Of a DNA stretch of 64,000 nucleotides, positions 27,789 through 43,774 are shown in pieces; within the stretch, counting starts at the first letter, position 1, and each line of letters begins with the position of its first letter. Below the pieces are notes generated by a model, which was not told where the DNA came from, did not search any database, and was given only the letters and a program-made list of their open reading frames with translations. Source of the stretch: Trichoplax adhaerens (Eukaryota > Animalia > Placozoa); assembly GCF_000150275.1 (NCBI RefSeq), contig NW_002060944.1, forward strand, positions 8,012,735 to 8,076,734, written 5' to 3'. A program made the position numbers and the translations under genes.

Positions 27789-30700
27789 ACCTGTCATTCC
27801 TTTTTAGTTACAGATCTAGTCAAAGATTAGCCTAGCAATAGCTATTGATGAATATCATGAGATTTTAATGCTATGAGATATTTCGATTATGATTCTTGGG
27901 CTAAATTTTAGCCCCGCCATATTCAATTTGTAATACAAATATCTGAAGCAAAGATGAACTTATAATATGAGAGCTATCTATAAATACTTGAAAGTACAGG
28001 ATTAAATTTACTTAATTGCAGATTTGCAAAGCATAATATATACATTGAGAATCGATCTAAATTTTTCGTAACTTTTATCAGATAAGAAAATTCTCTATTA
28101 GCTACTAATGAAATATTATGTTCGCTATATTAAAGGTTATGCAACATATTATAGCAAAAAATTTCTATTACTAGAAAGATAAAATGATCTACTAATATTT
28201 ATCTATAATGAAAGAGAGCTTCTGTTCTGTGACTAACTGGTGATGAAAGTTGTGCAGGATATTCGTAATAGGTAGTTAAATTGTCTAGAGGAATATTATA
28301 TCGATCTTGCCAATAGACAGAGCATTGTAAAATTCAAAATTTTAGGTCGATAGACGGTGAATAGTTTAAGGAAGGTCTTTGAAAATTAATTAAACCGAGA
28401 TTTATATAATAAATAAAAGATATGGAAGATCGTTGATATCATATGCACAATAGACATAATTAAATTCCTATTACAATATTTTTATCATTTTTAGTTATAG
28501 ATTGCAGAATAAATACTTGCTGTAAAGTTAGCTATGGTCTATGGATGACTTTATCAGCTCCGTTTTACAGCTATAGAATACATTTTCTGATAGCATTATA
28601 ATTTAACATGACCAAAATCTATCAGTCGATGAGTAAATTTACTACAATTGAAGAAATACTCGTTTAATTGTTTTTATCATGGCCAAAAGGCAAATTTAAT
28701 AAGGGTGAAATTTAGCAATATTACATTTTTCATCGAATCAGAATGAAAACTTGCTATGGCCATCAATGAATTCCAAATAAAAAAATACGCGTGGTAATAA
28801 TTTATTAAAATTCTTTTAAGCAAGCAAAAAATATGAATCAATAATTGCTCAAGATGTTTTGCAAAGAAACTGCAAAGATAAATATGAACGATACCATTGG
28901 CGACAGAAAGTCATTTTCAATGAAATTAGTGTGGCTATACAGCTAAGATATGATGATTGACAATATAATTGCCAATTTATGAGTTTATAAAATACTGGAC
29001 GTTTCATTCTCTCCAAAGAGCTAGCAATCCATTACATTACGAAAGCTTTCAAACCCAATTACAGTCCGAAAAAAGACAAATATTGAGATTGACAATTCCA
29101 TCATAATATATACAGAAGTATTCGCGTAGATTCATTATGACTCATGCTTCGGTAGTAGTGCTGATTGTTGTAAGATACGGATATGATTGGATTATATCAC
29201 CATTCCAGTTAATGCATAATCTCATGCTGAGTGCAATAGGTCACAGATAAATTAGCATTGATTACAAATATTATAGTGCAAGAAGAAAATTGGTCTATAC
29301 TCCATGATTAAAATTTACACATTATTATGAAAGTATTACAATCACTTTTATATAGCAAGTATAAGGAGTGATTGTTATACAAAAAGAACAAAGTTTTTAA
29401 TATCGAAATACTCAACTCACTTATCGGTTTACTACTTTACCATATAATAAGGTATAATTACTTACATCTAATTTCTTATAATCAACTTATAGACTAATCT
29501 GGAAGATTCTAATGCCCTCTAATTAATATAATATAGATTATTATTGCATAAATATATATAGAAAATTTCAGAGTCGAAACGATATATATATTTCTTTGCG
29601 CTCGCGCGGCGTATATATCCGATTTTTAGTGTTTCATTTTTTATTTCCTTTTATTATCTTTTTGTTATTATTTTTCGCGTGGGTCCAGGTCTTCTCTATC
29701 TATTATTATGGGTTTAAATAATGCTGGACTATATCACGTTGCTTGCTAACATGAGCATATATTCTTGCTGCTAAGATAGGAAGTGAAGGGTTACTTATTC
29801 TAAATCAATAATCAAGTTACCGATAGAAATTTGAAATTCCAACTTATTATTTTAGAAGATAATAATTACGTTAGAAAAGAGTAATTTTAGACAATGTTGT
29901 ACTAGTTAGCAATTTGTACAGAAAGTGATAGCGAGAAAATTAATTTAAGCAGTACTGTGATTCTAAAATTGCGCACTTCTTTACACATGACAAGCGATGG
30001 TCTCATTGTTTTTGATCTTATGTAATCAAAATTCAAACCATCTATAAAGCATTAATATACTCTTTATTAAGAGATATCAACCGAAATATGATAAAGAAAA
30101 GGCTAAAATTCCTTCTGCAAAGCAATTTACAATACCTTGACTTATTAACTATATTTTATTAAATATCATTAATAAATTAATGTAGGAATTATTTTCCCCA
30201 ATTCCAAGTAGATTAAAATCACTAGTAAATTTCCTGCTGTGAATTTTTGAATAGTACAGTAAGCGACAGTTATTTACTCTGTTCTCTTATTATGAATCCT
30301 TGTAATGATAGGTAAAGATAAAAATTAAAGTGAAACTACTTTTAAATAAATCCATAAGTTTATTTTTAATAACGGATGATAATAAATTTATTCTAGTTTC
30401 TCCTGATTTCTTTAGGAATGAATTTGACAATCATAATATATATTTTCAGAGAGCAATAGTGATTTCTACAGGATAAGAATAAAGCAAGACCACATAACGG
30501 TGAATCAATCGCTTTCGAATTGGCATAGATTATAAAAATGACTACTTTGTTGTTTCCTGAAATCAATTAATATCATTGAATAAAAAAAGTAAAGCTAAAT
30601 CACGCATCATGATGAAAGCTACTCTAATTTGAGAATTTGCTTATACTATTTGGTAGAATAGTATATATTGCATGATGATGGCTAAATTGTATCATGACCC

Positions 30701-31295
30701 GTAACTAAACTTATAAATTTGCACCCGATAACCGAAGATTATTTGATTTAAGTTCCGTTCAGTGTTTTATTAGCTGCATTTTGAAAACTCTAACTTGGCT
30801 TAATTTAATGATAGCTTATAAAATAAATGCCAAGTACAAAATCAAAACAATAGCGTCCGTTGCGGACTTCAATCAATGTCACGTTAGCTATTTTATTAGT
30901 TCAAGATATCTAATTAACAGAAGTATCGAATTCGTTCATTAGGCCAATAAATCATCCATTGATAAGCAAAAATATCTAATCATAATATTAGCAACAATAA
31001 AGGATAAACAGTTAATTAATTTTAATTCTAAATTCTGAAGAGCAGCTGGCATATTTTATGTTAGTAATTTATAAATTAATGGTGCCTAGTATGTTATTAC
31101 TTCTTCGTAGATGGTAAAATAGTTGAATTTATAATCTGGACTTAAAACCTGCTTATTTCCAAAAATGAATCTATAATTTGAATAATCTATAGTACAGCAG
31201 ATACCTATTACTATTTAAGTGATGGAAATAATTCTGTCTTTACCGGTTAATAATAAAAACAATTGAGTATCAAGTAAATTGATCGAGCGTGTCCG

Positions 31296-31561
31296 TGTCA
31301 CCAACCAGCTTCGTGACAAGGATAACGTAAAATAAATCTCTAAATTATTATAATCTCCGGGATTCAGTATCCCTTAACTACCTCACAAGAATTTAGACGC
31401 CTTTGATTCTACGTTAAACTCAACTAGACAATTGAGAACTACTTTATTCAACTATCTGACGGGCTTATATACCCTTCTACAGTAGCTAACATTCATAAGT
31501 CATCTTATAAAAATACTATGAGAACATCTACTAACTAATTTTTCACCGTTGGACTACAACA
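31296..31561 (-). mobile_element. Probable short solo LTR (266 bp)
   Basis: On the minus strand the termini are TGTTGTAG...GGTGACA with 6-bp flanks TGTCCG/TGTCCA (one mismatch). TATATAAG (31464-31471) and AATAAA (31443-31448) are on the minus strand. The terminal hairpin resembles that of 27202-27788. Confidence 0.55.
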
Positions 31562-34500
31562 TGTCCATTCACAGAATCATCTCAGTGCACATTACAGCGT
31601 AGCATTAAATTTACTGTAACACATTTATAAATTAGAGTAATTCCTATTATAAGTAACTAGCTGTAATATATTATCACTATATTATATTCACCAAATTTAA
31701 ATAGCTATTTCTTCACGGTAGTTCGTACGTAATAATCTGTTAACAATCATACAATTTATTTTATATCTATAATGCTTCTTTCATCAATGCGTGAAATCAA
31801 TTAGTAATGGCGCAGATATGCGTATGTTGTTATATCATAATATTAAAATGTCGGTCATGCTGAAAGAAATTATCGGCTGGAATTTATAGGCTCGGAAGTT
31901 CGCTTGGCGACTATCGTATTTCTCTAAGTAATACCGGTACTTCCTTTTCTAATAGTAAATACAAAAATGTAATCACTGCGGTGGTTAACAATACTACAAT
32001 TGAAATGATGGTATACTAAAAAATTTATCATCAACTGGGTGGTTAGATAGGTCGTCACGATTCTTAGTGTGACGACAACAAACTCATAATGAGTAATTGA
32101 AGAATTAAATAGTTAGGTGGTGTTGAATGGAGCTGTAATAGTAACGTCAAAGTAAAATCGTACGCATTGATGAGAAAGCATTTGTAGAATAGAAGGTAGA
32201 GCTAGTATCAATAATATCAGCACAAAAACAAGCATTAGAAGAGTAATTGTAATCAGCAACCAGCTTAGTGATGAATTTGCTAGATCAACGGAGGAAAAGT
32301 AAAATTGCTTCACTGTATCTCCTTATATCTTAATATTTGTCGTGATACTTTAATATAATACTTTTTTCTTTGGTTTGCGAAAAGTAATACGCCAGCTAAT
32401 TATTGTAAAATAAATTAAAAAATTAAAAATGATTGCAATAATTGAATAACGTTATCTTTTTGAAATGCGGCATTGGCAGCTGTTTTATTCTCTCTGAGCA
32501 TAGTTTCCTCCTTCTTAAGCCTTTAAATTAATTAGAAGTAATTCCTATAACTTAAATTAAGACTGATTGCAATACCGGTAGGGGATAACGGTTGAGATTT
32601 TTTCTTTAATTTTATGCGATTCAATAAGAAACTCTGATAATAAAAATATATTTAATCATATAATATATATCGACAATTATACTTTCGTCAAAGCTTTAGT
32701 ACGAACAACAACATTACGCTCTTCCTATCAAAGCTATTTCCGAAATAGTTGATATAGTTTTTATTGATACATTTATTTTTAATCTATATAATCGTATAAT
32801 CATACCCTTTGACAAAGCACCAATGGGAAAGGCAACATTGTACTCCTTTCAAAGCTATCATATATTTCCGAAATAATTGACATTGTTCCTATCGATAGAA
32901 GCTGCCTTTATTTTTTCGTTCTAAAGACACTAAGTCGTCAAATTGTCCCACATAAATTATATTTTAATCGGAAGAAAGAATTACTATAGTTAGTCGATAG
33001 ACATGAGGCAATTTTAACGGATAATCAACACCACATGGTAGTTATTTGTAGATTATTATTCCTGATTTTGCAAAGATAATAAATAGCCAGAAGGCACGTA
33101 GCTATACCGGATCTATTCAATGGAGGGTTTACAATACTCGTAAAGGTTTCGAAATCAGGAGATAGCTGAAGAAAGCGAAAATAACCAAATTATAATAGTT
33201 CCAACGGCTACTATTTATGACAAAGATACTGTAATTTCATTTCTTCCTTCAACCTTATATTGATATTAATGTTAATTATACGTTCAAAACAGGTTAAAAT
33301 AAGTATAAAAATTGTAATAGGAGATTAAACTAAGGTAACCTGCACCCGAATTTTAAACATGCGATAGTAATTGTCGGTCTATAACCAAATTATCCAATAT
33401 TGTTTATTGGAAGCTGAAAAATTAGCATTCCTACGAGGAAGAGGGTCGATAATTAAAGCAACATTCCTCACCTTAGTTATAATAACTATAAAATATAAGT
33501 ATTCTATATTTACATAGCACTAGAATTGATCGACTTTGTTTACTAACTTATTATTCTAGCTTCAAATGTTATTTATTCCCTTACTGTCCTAAGGGAAGTA
33601 AATACGATTATGAGTTTAATTATATTTATGGTATAGATGATGGTATAAAGTCGAATTATGAATACCCATTAAACATTCTTTACAATCTGAGAATGCAATA
33701 TAAAGAAAACAGGGAGTTCATTGCTGATTATTCAATCAATATCCTGATAGACAGTTCTACAATACAATACCTGTCGATTTTGAAAATCGTTTTAAGACAT
33801 TCACAGTTTCGTAAAAAATTAATTGGACGGTAAAGAGAATGAGAGGGACAGAACACGAAGATGCTTCTTTTAAGACAAAGTAACCGTCATTTCATTATAT
33901 CAATTTTGGTCATTAGCCATATGCTGTCAAGTTTAAGTGAAAATTACGCAAGAAATTTATTTATCGAACCCTTTCCAAGTAATAAAAGCAAATAAATGCA
34001 TCTATATTCGCAACGGTTATCCTTTCATCAATGTTAAAATAATTTAGAGATAACGACAATAAAATTTATATTATGGCTGACATGATATTGAATTGCCAGC
34101 GATGACATAAAAGTGATTAAATTCTGAACTGTCGAGTTCATACACCACACACGTATAGCAGGGTCAATGTCATAAATTTACATTATTAAAATAATTCCAT
34201 TAAAATTAAGCTAAAATTGATTCTAAATTAGGTGTTGCATTATTTATTTTACTTAAATAGAAAAGTCTTCGTCAAGAAATAATTAGATAGATACAAAAAT
34301 TTATCACTTTCTGATATGTAGTAGGAGCAGTATTTAATTATAATTTATCGAGTCCAGATACAATCCAATGATTAGAAACAACTTTCAAATATGGCTAGCT
34401 AGCATCACTCTTATTTTCATTGGAATATTATAAGATGCATATTGTAGGCCAATACAATCACAAGAATAATAAATTTAAATAAGTTTACTAATTAATTTAA

Positions 34501-37500
34501 AATTCAATCTGCCTAACCTTGAATTTATAAATCATATCCCATTTTAACTGTAGCATAACTTCTATAGCTCTATTAGTATGTAATGAATGATATAACCTTT
34601 AATAGAACTTGAAAACTGTTAATTTTCAGCTTAAACATGTAACTAATAACAATATTAGTGTTTTTACTGTTGTTTCATCGACAAGGCGACATGTAATTAT
34701 AAAAATGCAAAGTCTTAAAATTGAATAGTCGTTAAAAATACGATAAAATGGGCTATTTGACAAGGTGAGACGCTTACATGTTGGTAAATTTTTGCAAATT
34801 GGCAATAAAGGGTCCCTTCACAGCTGGATCCTTAAGTATTCCGCTGTTATTCCATTATATGATGTACTTAAATAAAATCTAGAACTTGGAAACGTAAAGC
34901 AAAGCAATTATCATTGATTATAAGACCTCAAGTTAGAAACATATATAAAATTACCATTTGCAAAACTGCCTTTTAATATCAGATAATTTTTATTCGATTT
35001 AGCTTCGACATCAATATCACGAGAATATAGCAGGTAGTCAAGAAAAATTGATCATTATTCTTCAATTGCAAAGATTTGAATACGATTATCCAAAGTCTCT
35101 TATTTAGGCTCAACCTCATGAAATTAAAGTTAGATCAATGAGAGATTGTAATGAAATAATGATTGACATAAATTTATATATTAAATTACAAATCTTAATC
35201 CAATAACGGTCTAAAATGCTGAGATGGAATCTCAGCATCACCTCTTAATTTCGCACTCAATGCCTGTATATTCACTTAACACTTAACGTAGGCTCCATAT
35301 AAATAGAAACCTACGAAATAGGATATAGTAATATATGTGGACCTTAATTCATATTCTACTTAGTTGCAAGTATAAATATATTGTAGTACGCCACAGATAA
35401 AGCATAATATTCCATGTCATCCAGTGTTCCACTGTACACCGATATTATATTGCATAGAATCAATGTATATATAATTACTGAGATTAGCTGAAATCATAAC
35501 ATCGTTATTCGTATATGCAAAGCAATGTTGTTGTTATAATGAAATGCATATATTGATAAACCTCACGTACAGATTCTAGAAAATAAATAATAGTATTACC
35601 TTTCTCTAAGTTATCTTAATGATTAAGACAAAAAGTACTATAATATCGTTTATCTCACCACTTCTAAAACTAGATTCGATGAGAAGGGACATATCAGAAC
35701 GTATGAATTTGCTATAGTTGATTTATCTGAAGATAAATCATAAGGGAGATCAGCTCATATTAATATATGAAACTCAGAACATTCTTTACTACGATGATAA
35801 CTGTATAGTCTTAGCGGCTATTAAAAAATTACATAGGCAGAACTAATTGCAGATATACTTGCAAATCTATCTTTATCCAAAAGTGTAAAAGAAGTCATAT
35901 TTAAAAAATGGGATACAAAGTTTTCAAATCATCGCAGATCTTGCAATTCAATTCAATGTCAGCAGATTCCTCTAGGAAGATATAAACGTGAGAAAATACC
36001 AATTTGCTTTCAATGAATAATCTAGCGAGAACATTGCGTTTACAAGGGAATGTAAAAAGTGGATCAATCGCAAACGGATTGTATTTCAGGTAAATTCAGA
36101 AATTGGATTTCAAATTTATTACTATAAAGCACCTTATACATGGCAAGACAAATATAGAAATCGCTTCATTGATCTCAAGTTATCGCTTTTGTTAGCTCTA
36201 GAGAATTTTTTAAAATTTCAACTTTAAAAAATTCTGTCGCGATATATTACCACAATTTTTCATCTCTTTCTGTGGTGCCGGTGCATTATATTCAGAATGT
36301 GTAGGAGTGAGAAGGTTAAGTAAGTCAATTAATTTCTTTTGACTTTATTATTTTTAGCATGAAAAATAGAGTAATTATAATTATAGCACACCCTCCTCTT
36401 TTTTAGCAGCTGCATGCACATAGTGTTTTTGTTAAAAGAAGACTGAAAGACAGAGTTCAGGAATTTGCAAAGTCTTTGCCATAGCTATTCATAACCAGAA
36501 ATATTAGAATTACTTCGCAAAGTTACAATTACTGAAGTTTTTATAGGTATACAACTCCATTGCATCAGAGCCAAAACAGCATGCGTAGGAGTGAGAGAAA
36601 TAGAAACGAATTAAAGGTCTAAGGATAACAAATAAGTAAAACGGAAGAGTTGCTAGGACAAGAAAAATTGTTTGCATTTTGAATAATATTAACCAATATA
36701 CTTGCTTATACAAGGTTAATTATCTAATTACTTCATTCACTATTACATACGCTATTAAACAATATCAAAGCCGCATAGTCTGTATTTAGTTATATTGTCA
36801 AAGCCTAACAAGAATCAATGAAATACTTTTTTCTTGAGTGCTGCCGCTTAGGGAATCGAGTAATTTATTAATTTAAGAGGCGAAATCAAATCAGCATTAT
36901 TTCTTATCGTTAATTTTCTTGTGAAAGTTGTTGCTTAGATAAATTTACGCGTCATTTTAGTATTTACGAACTTACTACTGTAACGTATTATCAATACTCC
37001 TGAGCTCAGTAAGTAACAATTGATTGATTTAATTATTCGTTGATATTATATCGATAATGAAAAATTCAGTAGAATTAGCAACTAGACTGACGATTTATAT
37101 CATTATTTCATTACAAAGAAATTTGCAAGATTACTATAAATGATGCAAAAATCTATGATCGAGCAGTGCAATTCCAGGAAATTAGCTCATTAAATCACTA
37201 CCAATTTCATATTTAGAAATATGATGGTTACTAGATGAGTTCATTTATTTTCAGTTGCGGTTATTAATCTGTTTACTTAAAATGCAGGCGTATTCTCTGC
37301 TAATTATTCCTCGGAACGAACTTAATTTAACCTAAAGTAATGAGTCACCACCACTAAGCAAATTATAAGAATTGTGCGGCAGACCGATTTTAATGTATTC
37401 ATAAAGTCAACAAACGTCAAGATGTAAGTTAAAGCTAGCAATCTGCTATGAATAAGTGACCTTTAAATAATCAATAGCGTGGTGAGGGAAAAACAATAGA

Positions 37501-40500
37501 AAAAATTTGTTTTACTCATTTTCATTTATATTACTTGCTTATCTGGAAATGGAATATGGTCGCAAATATTATTTTACCTTATGTTGATTACTTGTCAGAT
37601 GCTAAAGATTGCATAGAGTAAATTAGGAATATTGCTCAGTGGATTGGCTCGAGCGTTAAAGAAAATAGTCAATAAAACACAAGGAAATTATAATTATACA
37701 ATTAACTGCAGACAGATTCTACTAGAGCTTGCTTACAACAGTTATGCTATAATATGGCTGTTTTAACGCAATATTTATTAATGTACTAATATCTAAATTA
37801 TATTGCTATGATCTCGTTACCGATACTTAGTAAAAAACTATAATATAGCTATTTTAATACTTCTAAAACTTTTATTCTACATCAACAAATAACGACATCG
37901 AAAATACGAAAATATCATGAAAGATAAATTTTGCAGAAAAATTAACTAGACTGATTTAATTATGTATAAGTACATCATGAAAAATTTTGATTTAAATTAA
38001 AACTATTCAAACAATAAACAAGGAATATCTAGATTAAATATTCTTCCATATTCAGCTGTGCTAACTGATTAAAGTGCTTATCCGAAAGAAATTACTGGGA
38101 GTTGCATTGCATTACCATACCTGCTAATAATTATCTTTCTAAATTAACTTGTTCTAATGAGCCATTATTACCTTAAACTGATAATTTAGCACTGTTATGC
38201 TATAAATATGAATAACTGTATATTTAATCCGTTAGTATTGTTCGCAAAAAATCTTGGTTTTAACAGAGGTATACCTAAATTTGACCTGAATTGTAATATA
38301 ATGACAAACATATAGGCGAATATATTTCATCTCAACGATGCTTGAAAACTTTAATTACTTTTGAATAGTGGCAATATTAACATTAATTAACATAGTTTAA
38401 GTAGCTTGACTCTTTAAGGATATTTAGCCTAATTAATGTTTACAATGCAATAAATTAGTTAAAATACATCTCTATGGTTACTCATGTCAGCTCGAAAGTC
38501 AGCTGGAAAACAAACTCTTTGCCTTGCTAATTCATTTACTTTCTGAGATCTAGTTTACTTCTACTTATAATGAGACGGAATTCTAAGTTAATTTTTGAAC
38601 TGTCAGATATTTTTCACTTTGCAGTCCTTGATTACCGGTATTGAACATTTTTGATTATTTATTAACCCATTAAACGAAGTAGTTTCGATAATGCTCGAAA
38701 ATTTTATCACTTAAACTCTTCTGTTGCCGCAATAGAGTTATTTGCAGTGTGGTTTGCTGAGCGCTTGATCAGACCATAGTATTAATATTATATTTGATAA
38801 AATATTCCTTCATATTACAATCTTGCCCGATCCAAATAAGGACATTATTTATACTCCTATTATTTTTCTGTAAGAAATTATTTGCTTTTAAATAAGATCT
38901 TATGTCAATTGAAATTCAGTAATTTCTCTAATAGTAAAGTCGTTATTGTAAAATTCTTTTTTTCGTAATCCTTATCATCCATCCCAAATAACGGTAATTG
39001 TTATACATAAAAATATCTATGAATTCAACCAGGAAAATATTAAATTATTTCTGACAATAGTGCTATAATTTTATCTATTTCCGGTTTTTCTTATAAAAGC
39101 CTTATGTTTGCATTACCTTATTTTCTGTTTATGAATGGCTTATTGGTACGGTCTTGAAATTATGATTACACCACTGGCTACTAATAGGTTAGCTAAAGGG
39201 TAACAATCTCAATCAAAGGGCAGGAATACATGAGCAATTGAAAAAAGTTACCTGAAAAGATCAGATACTGAACAAGTTTTATTGGGTTCTGAAATATCCT
39301 TATTAGGCTAGCTATAATTTCGTAACTTAAGTTCTAACGTTACTTTAACTATTAAAGATCCATTGGAACAGAATCATACGAGTGCTATAGAAATCATATA
39401 AGTTCTAGATGTCTTTTTTAAATGATAGCCGCTACGAATTCTGTTTTATCTTTTTTTTATAATAGTTATTGGCAATCATAGAGAATAATGGAATATTAGA
39501 GGTACGGGAAATTAATTTATCATATCTGAAGTAACATAACATGTAACCTAATACTCGCCAATAACGTAGAAAGGTAATTAATATCAATAAGACATCTGGT
39601 TTAGCAGCTGCATACACACTCATTTATTTAATCATTTTGTCATTCAGTTATGAGAATGACTGCCAAAGTCTGCTATTGGATAAACATTCCTTGAAGACTA
39701 GCTGCTTAAATACGACATTTTGTTTTTAACTGCAAATTTATCAACTTGGAACATACACGTGGATGTAAGCAAAACGAAAACATGATACAGTTTATTGATC
39801 AAGCATGACAAATAATCCAGTTGAAAATCCCATCTTATTGACTGATAGAATATGGGGATTATTTTATGATTCACAATAGAGCGATACGCTCTATCGAGTA
39901 GATAGAATAGAGTTCTAATTTATTAATGTACATTATTTGTTAGCCTAGTAAAGTCAGCACCTCTCTAACAGAATGGTAAATATTGGAAATCTTCAGAGTT
40001 GTTAATCTTAGACACTATTATATTCTTCATTTTCTTTCCTTGAATAACGGATATGGAATTGAGTACAAAACTCTTTACATCAATTCTGTTTCCATTACGT
40101 GCGGTATGTTACTGTATTTTGCTATTTATGTCAGTCGTAACAATCATCAGCATATTTATATGCATGAATTAATCTTTACAGCCTGCGCAAAAGTAAACAA
40201 TAATTAATAGAAAGGAATAAAATGTAATTCGGTTTTTGTTAATCTCCGGTAATGCTATTGAATTGAATTTTGTTTCATTTCATGTCATCATCTAATATAT
40301 GCATCGTATTCTACAAAACAACAGTGGATAATTTTAAAAAATTTCTATAGTTACCCTAGAACATAGACATCTTTGTCTTATAGTATTTTATTTATTAATA
40401 TTCTTTGAAGCCTGAAGTTTGATATTAAATTTTTCTCTTAAAGATATCCACTAGCCGTTACCAACGCGGATACTCTTGTAGAATTATACATTACTAAATT

Positions 40501-42981
40501 AATGATTCAATATGGTGATCTATTATCCACATAAAATTGTAGTTGCATATTTTTGAAATTATTTTGACGTAACAAAAGTAATTCAGCAACTGCTATACTG
40601 TACGTTACTGGAGAGCAGATTCATATTTCAATCAATGTGAATCATAGTGTTGCAACTAGTAACTATGGTAGTGGTATTACGAGTTCTTTTACCAATTTGA
40701 ATCTTTAATTTTAATTTTGGTCCTTTCAATGTCTTTGATAGCTTAAAAGAGTACTCATATTATGCTCATTGATACCAGAGATTTAATCTTATGAAAACGT
40801 AATAAAATTAACTCAAAACTTTGAATATTATAACATTCAAAATAACTATTACTGGCTTTTGGTTTTACGTCCAACTTGTTTTAATATTTCTTAGCGCAAG
40901 GCATGCATTTAATTCAATTAAATATTAATTATTCGATAAAGGGTCTCTTACACTACCAGATGCATAATATTTGTTCCGTCTAATAAGAATAATTACTAGC
41001 GATAAGAATTTATTTTTTACTTTTTCATTAGCAAAGTATTATACCCTATAATTCTACAGAAGAAACTTGGGACAAAGCCTACATAGTTAATTAAATGTTA
41101 TAGTTAAAAGTTTTAGAGTAAATCTCTCAAGATTGATGAATTACAGTATTTGAAAAGTCATACGAGGAGACGCTTTACAATCATCGCTTGACTACCGCAC
41201 TCTTTAGTTTCTTTTGTTACCATTGATTACAACGAGCAACAAACGTAACAGAAACATTACTAATTATAAATAGATATGCTGATATGATTCATCCCACTAT
41301 GACATGATTGTTTACTAATAAAATAAATCGTTAATAACATGTCATATCGATCTATCTACTATATCGAATTGTTCCGAAGACATTGAATTCAAGTTGTAAA
41401 TTGCAGATATGAATTGATCATCAATCATTAACTTTGATGTGCTTGAGTGCAAGCAGACAATCGATGTAATGAGCGGAATTAACAATTTTCTAAATGCAAA
41501 ATATTTAGTTAATTAAATAACCAAATCCAAACTATATATAATATAATTAGCCTTTAAAATAGAGATCAGACTTCGTATTTGAAATGTTACAATCAATTTC
41601 AAATATTTATAACCTCACAAAGTCTTTATGAAGCAGAATTTGATAATTCACTTCTTTTAAAATGGTGCATGCACGTAATATGCTAAATTAACTAGAAGAT
41701 GATGTAGTATACCTAGATTTTTATAAATGTATTGCTGATATTTTTCATATTCATATCAAAATTCGAGCTAAATGCAGTATACTAATTTTAAGCTATCATA
41801 ACTTTGGCAAAATCCTAGCACATATAACTTGACGGGCTATTTCATCTACACGCTACGACGCATTTATTTGAAGTAAATTTGGCAATATCGTACTGGAAGA
41901 TTTCATAAGTCAAAATCAATATGAATTGTACCACGCTGCACACATATGAATAAAAATGACCCATTCTGTAGCTTATCAATTATATAATTATACATAGCAT
42001 GTAGCATCGTATAACTTCTGGGTGTTGAAGAAATTCATATAAACATTACTTATTTTAGCCTAGTTTTTCAATTCACTATAAGTCATGTAGAAAACGAATA
42101 TTCATCATACATATTCAAGATGTAATAACGTAACACTAGCAAACATTTTTCTCTCAAATTTCAAACTATAGCTTTGAAAGAATAAATTATTAATAGCTAG
42201 TTATTTAGTCATTAATAACATTTAATTCTTTTCATACGTATTGTTTTGAGTCACAGACAGAGTGTGACCACAGATACTTATTCCATCACTGTCGTCCTGT
42301 AATTCATGATAGAAGTTGATTCTCTTTCAAAATCTATCACATCGACGGCATTAAGCAGATATCCCGAGTATTGTATTACCAATTTTTTGTTTATTAGAGA
42401 TAACATATCTCGAAAATGTTGTTGCAATGAATTACATTGTAGTTCAGATCACGTCAGTTATTTCTTTTTCTACTTTTATTTGCTTAGAGCAAAGGATAGC
42501 AATTATACGATCTCTATTCCCTAGATCCATTTTAGTACTCGGCAACTATACTATTATTAGCTTTTCTTCATTATTTCTTAATTAGAAAGTCGAAGCTGTT
42601 TTTACTTCCTCTGGTTGAAATATTTCTTTCTAAATCCGAATAATGATAATGCACCAATTGATGTGTTGATATGATGACGAATTTGATAGACTGCAAGAAT
42701 CCAGGTGTTCATTATCTATTCAAGTCTAGATGATAATGTAGTTTTCAATCTTGCATATAATAACTGGATAGAATTGGCATAATTGCGGCTACATTTTGTT
42801 TTATGAAATAAGCTTTTCATTAGACTAAAAATGCCCTAGTCTTAATTATTTATGATGAGGTTACAAGTCTTGAAAATTTAAATTGAGAAAAAGCTTTATT
42901 TATTCAAACTACCATGCCGCTATGGAGACTGCAATAGAGAAGTAATGACTCATTCGATTCAAAATATTCTAATCTGTTAGA

Positions 42982-43774
42982 ATATAGTCATCTGTACTCT
43001 AGCATAGAGTCTCTACCACTACAGTCTATAGTTACAGCTACCAAATATCTCTTAGGATAAATATCTACCGTACATTATACTACACATGGCTAACAGTCTA
43101 CAATCACAATACTAAGTTACATTACAACAGTGGAAGTTCGTTAATCCATCAACATAACCATACTAGATCCAAGTTTTCAGGTTGATGAAACTTTTAGTAA
43201 TCTAAGATTTGAAATATTTCTATCGAAATTAATTGCATCTCTTATATAGTTACTAACGATATTAAAGTCTGAGTAAATCGATTAGAATTTTAATCTAAAC
43301 TTTCAAACTCTTAAATCTTTTCATGAAGAGTATTTAGTTCTATAATGATTCTATACCTTAGAAGGATATACAGTAAGCTGTTGAGTTACTAATATGGCTG
43401 TAGGTAAAAATAGAACTGTAAATCATATATTAGGATATGGTTAATTCATTGTACTTTGGCTGGTGTGAATAATGTCTACGTAAGTACTGTAGTCGTATCC
43501 ATATTGGATTAATGATGGTCCGCAGTAGAATAGTCTTACTAAGAATAATTTAACTATGTGTAAAATAAGGTAAAAGGTTGCCATGCGGGTTGTAGCTGCG
43601 AATGCTACGAAAAGTATAAAAGCATGCAACTTTAGATTATTCTGTTAGTTCGTTCTAGAAGTCTTTAGAAGTAGTATTCGGCTAGAGTAGAGCTGTGTAG
43701 TTAATCTTTGTATAAGATTCAATAAAGCCCTTATTTTTCTAAAAATTGGAATTTCGTGATTGGTATATATCACA
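42982..43774. mobile_element. Solo LTR family A copy split by a local inversion (5' part inverted at 42982-43126, 3' part forward at 43366-43774)
   Basis: Direct alignment by eye to 47979-48524. TSD ACTGT is at 43775-43779 and its reverse complement ACAGT is at 43127-43131. Confidence 0.85.

Noticed and set aside
32051-32347. Possible additional solo LTR (CGTCACGA...TCGTGATA)
   Set aside because: Both termini are mutated and no TSD was found, so I cannot delimit it confidently.
35216-35238. Perfect 10-bp inverted repeats (also 8258-8279, and an 8-bp one at 39876-39894)
   Set aside because: A few such short palindromes are expected by chance in 64 kb of AT-rich DNA. They are too short for pre-miRNA and lack supporting context.
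43441-43629. Near-identical hydrophobic 62-aa ORFs at 43441-43629 and 48188-48376, which look like a small paralogous gene pair
   Set aside because: Both lie antisense inside copies of the same solo LTR and start at TTG, so the similarity reflects the repeat.
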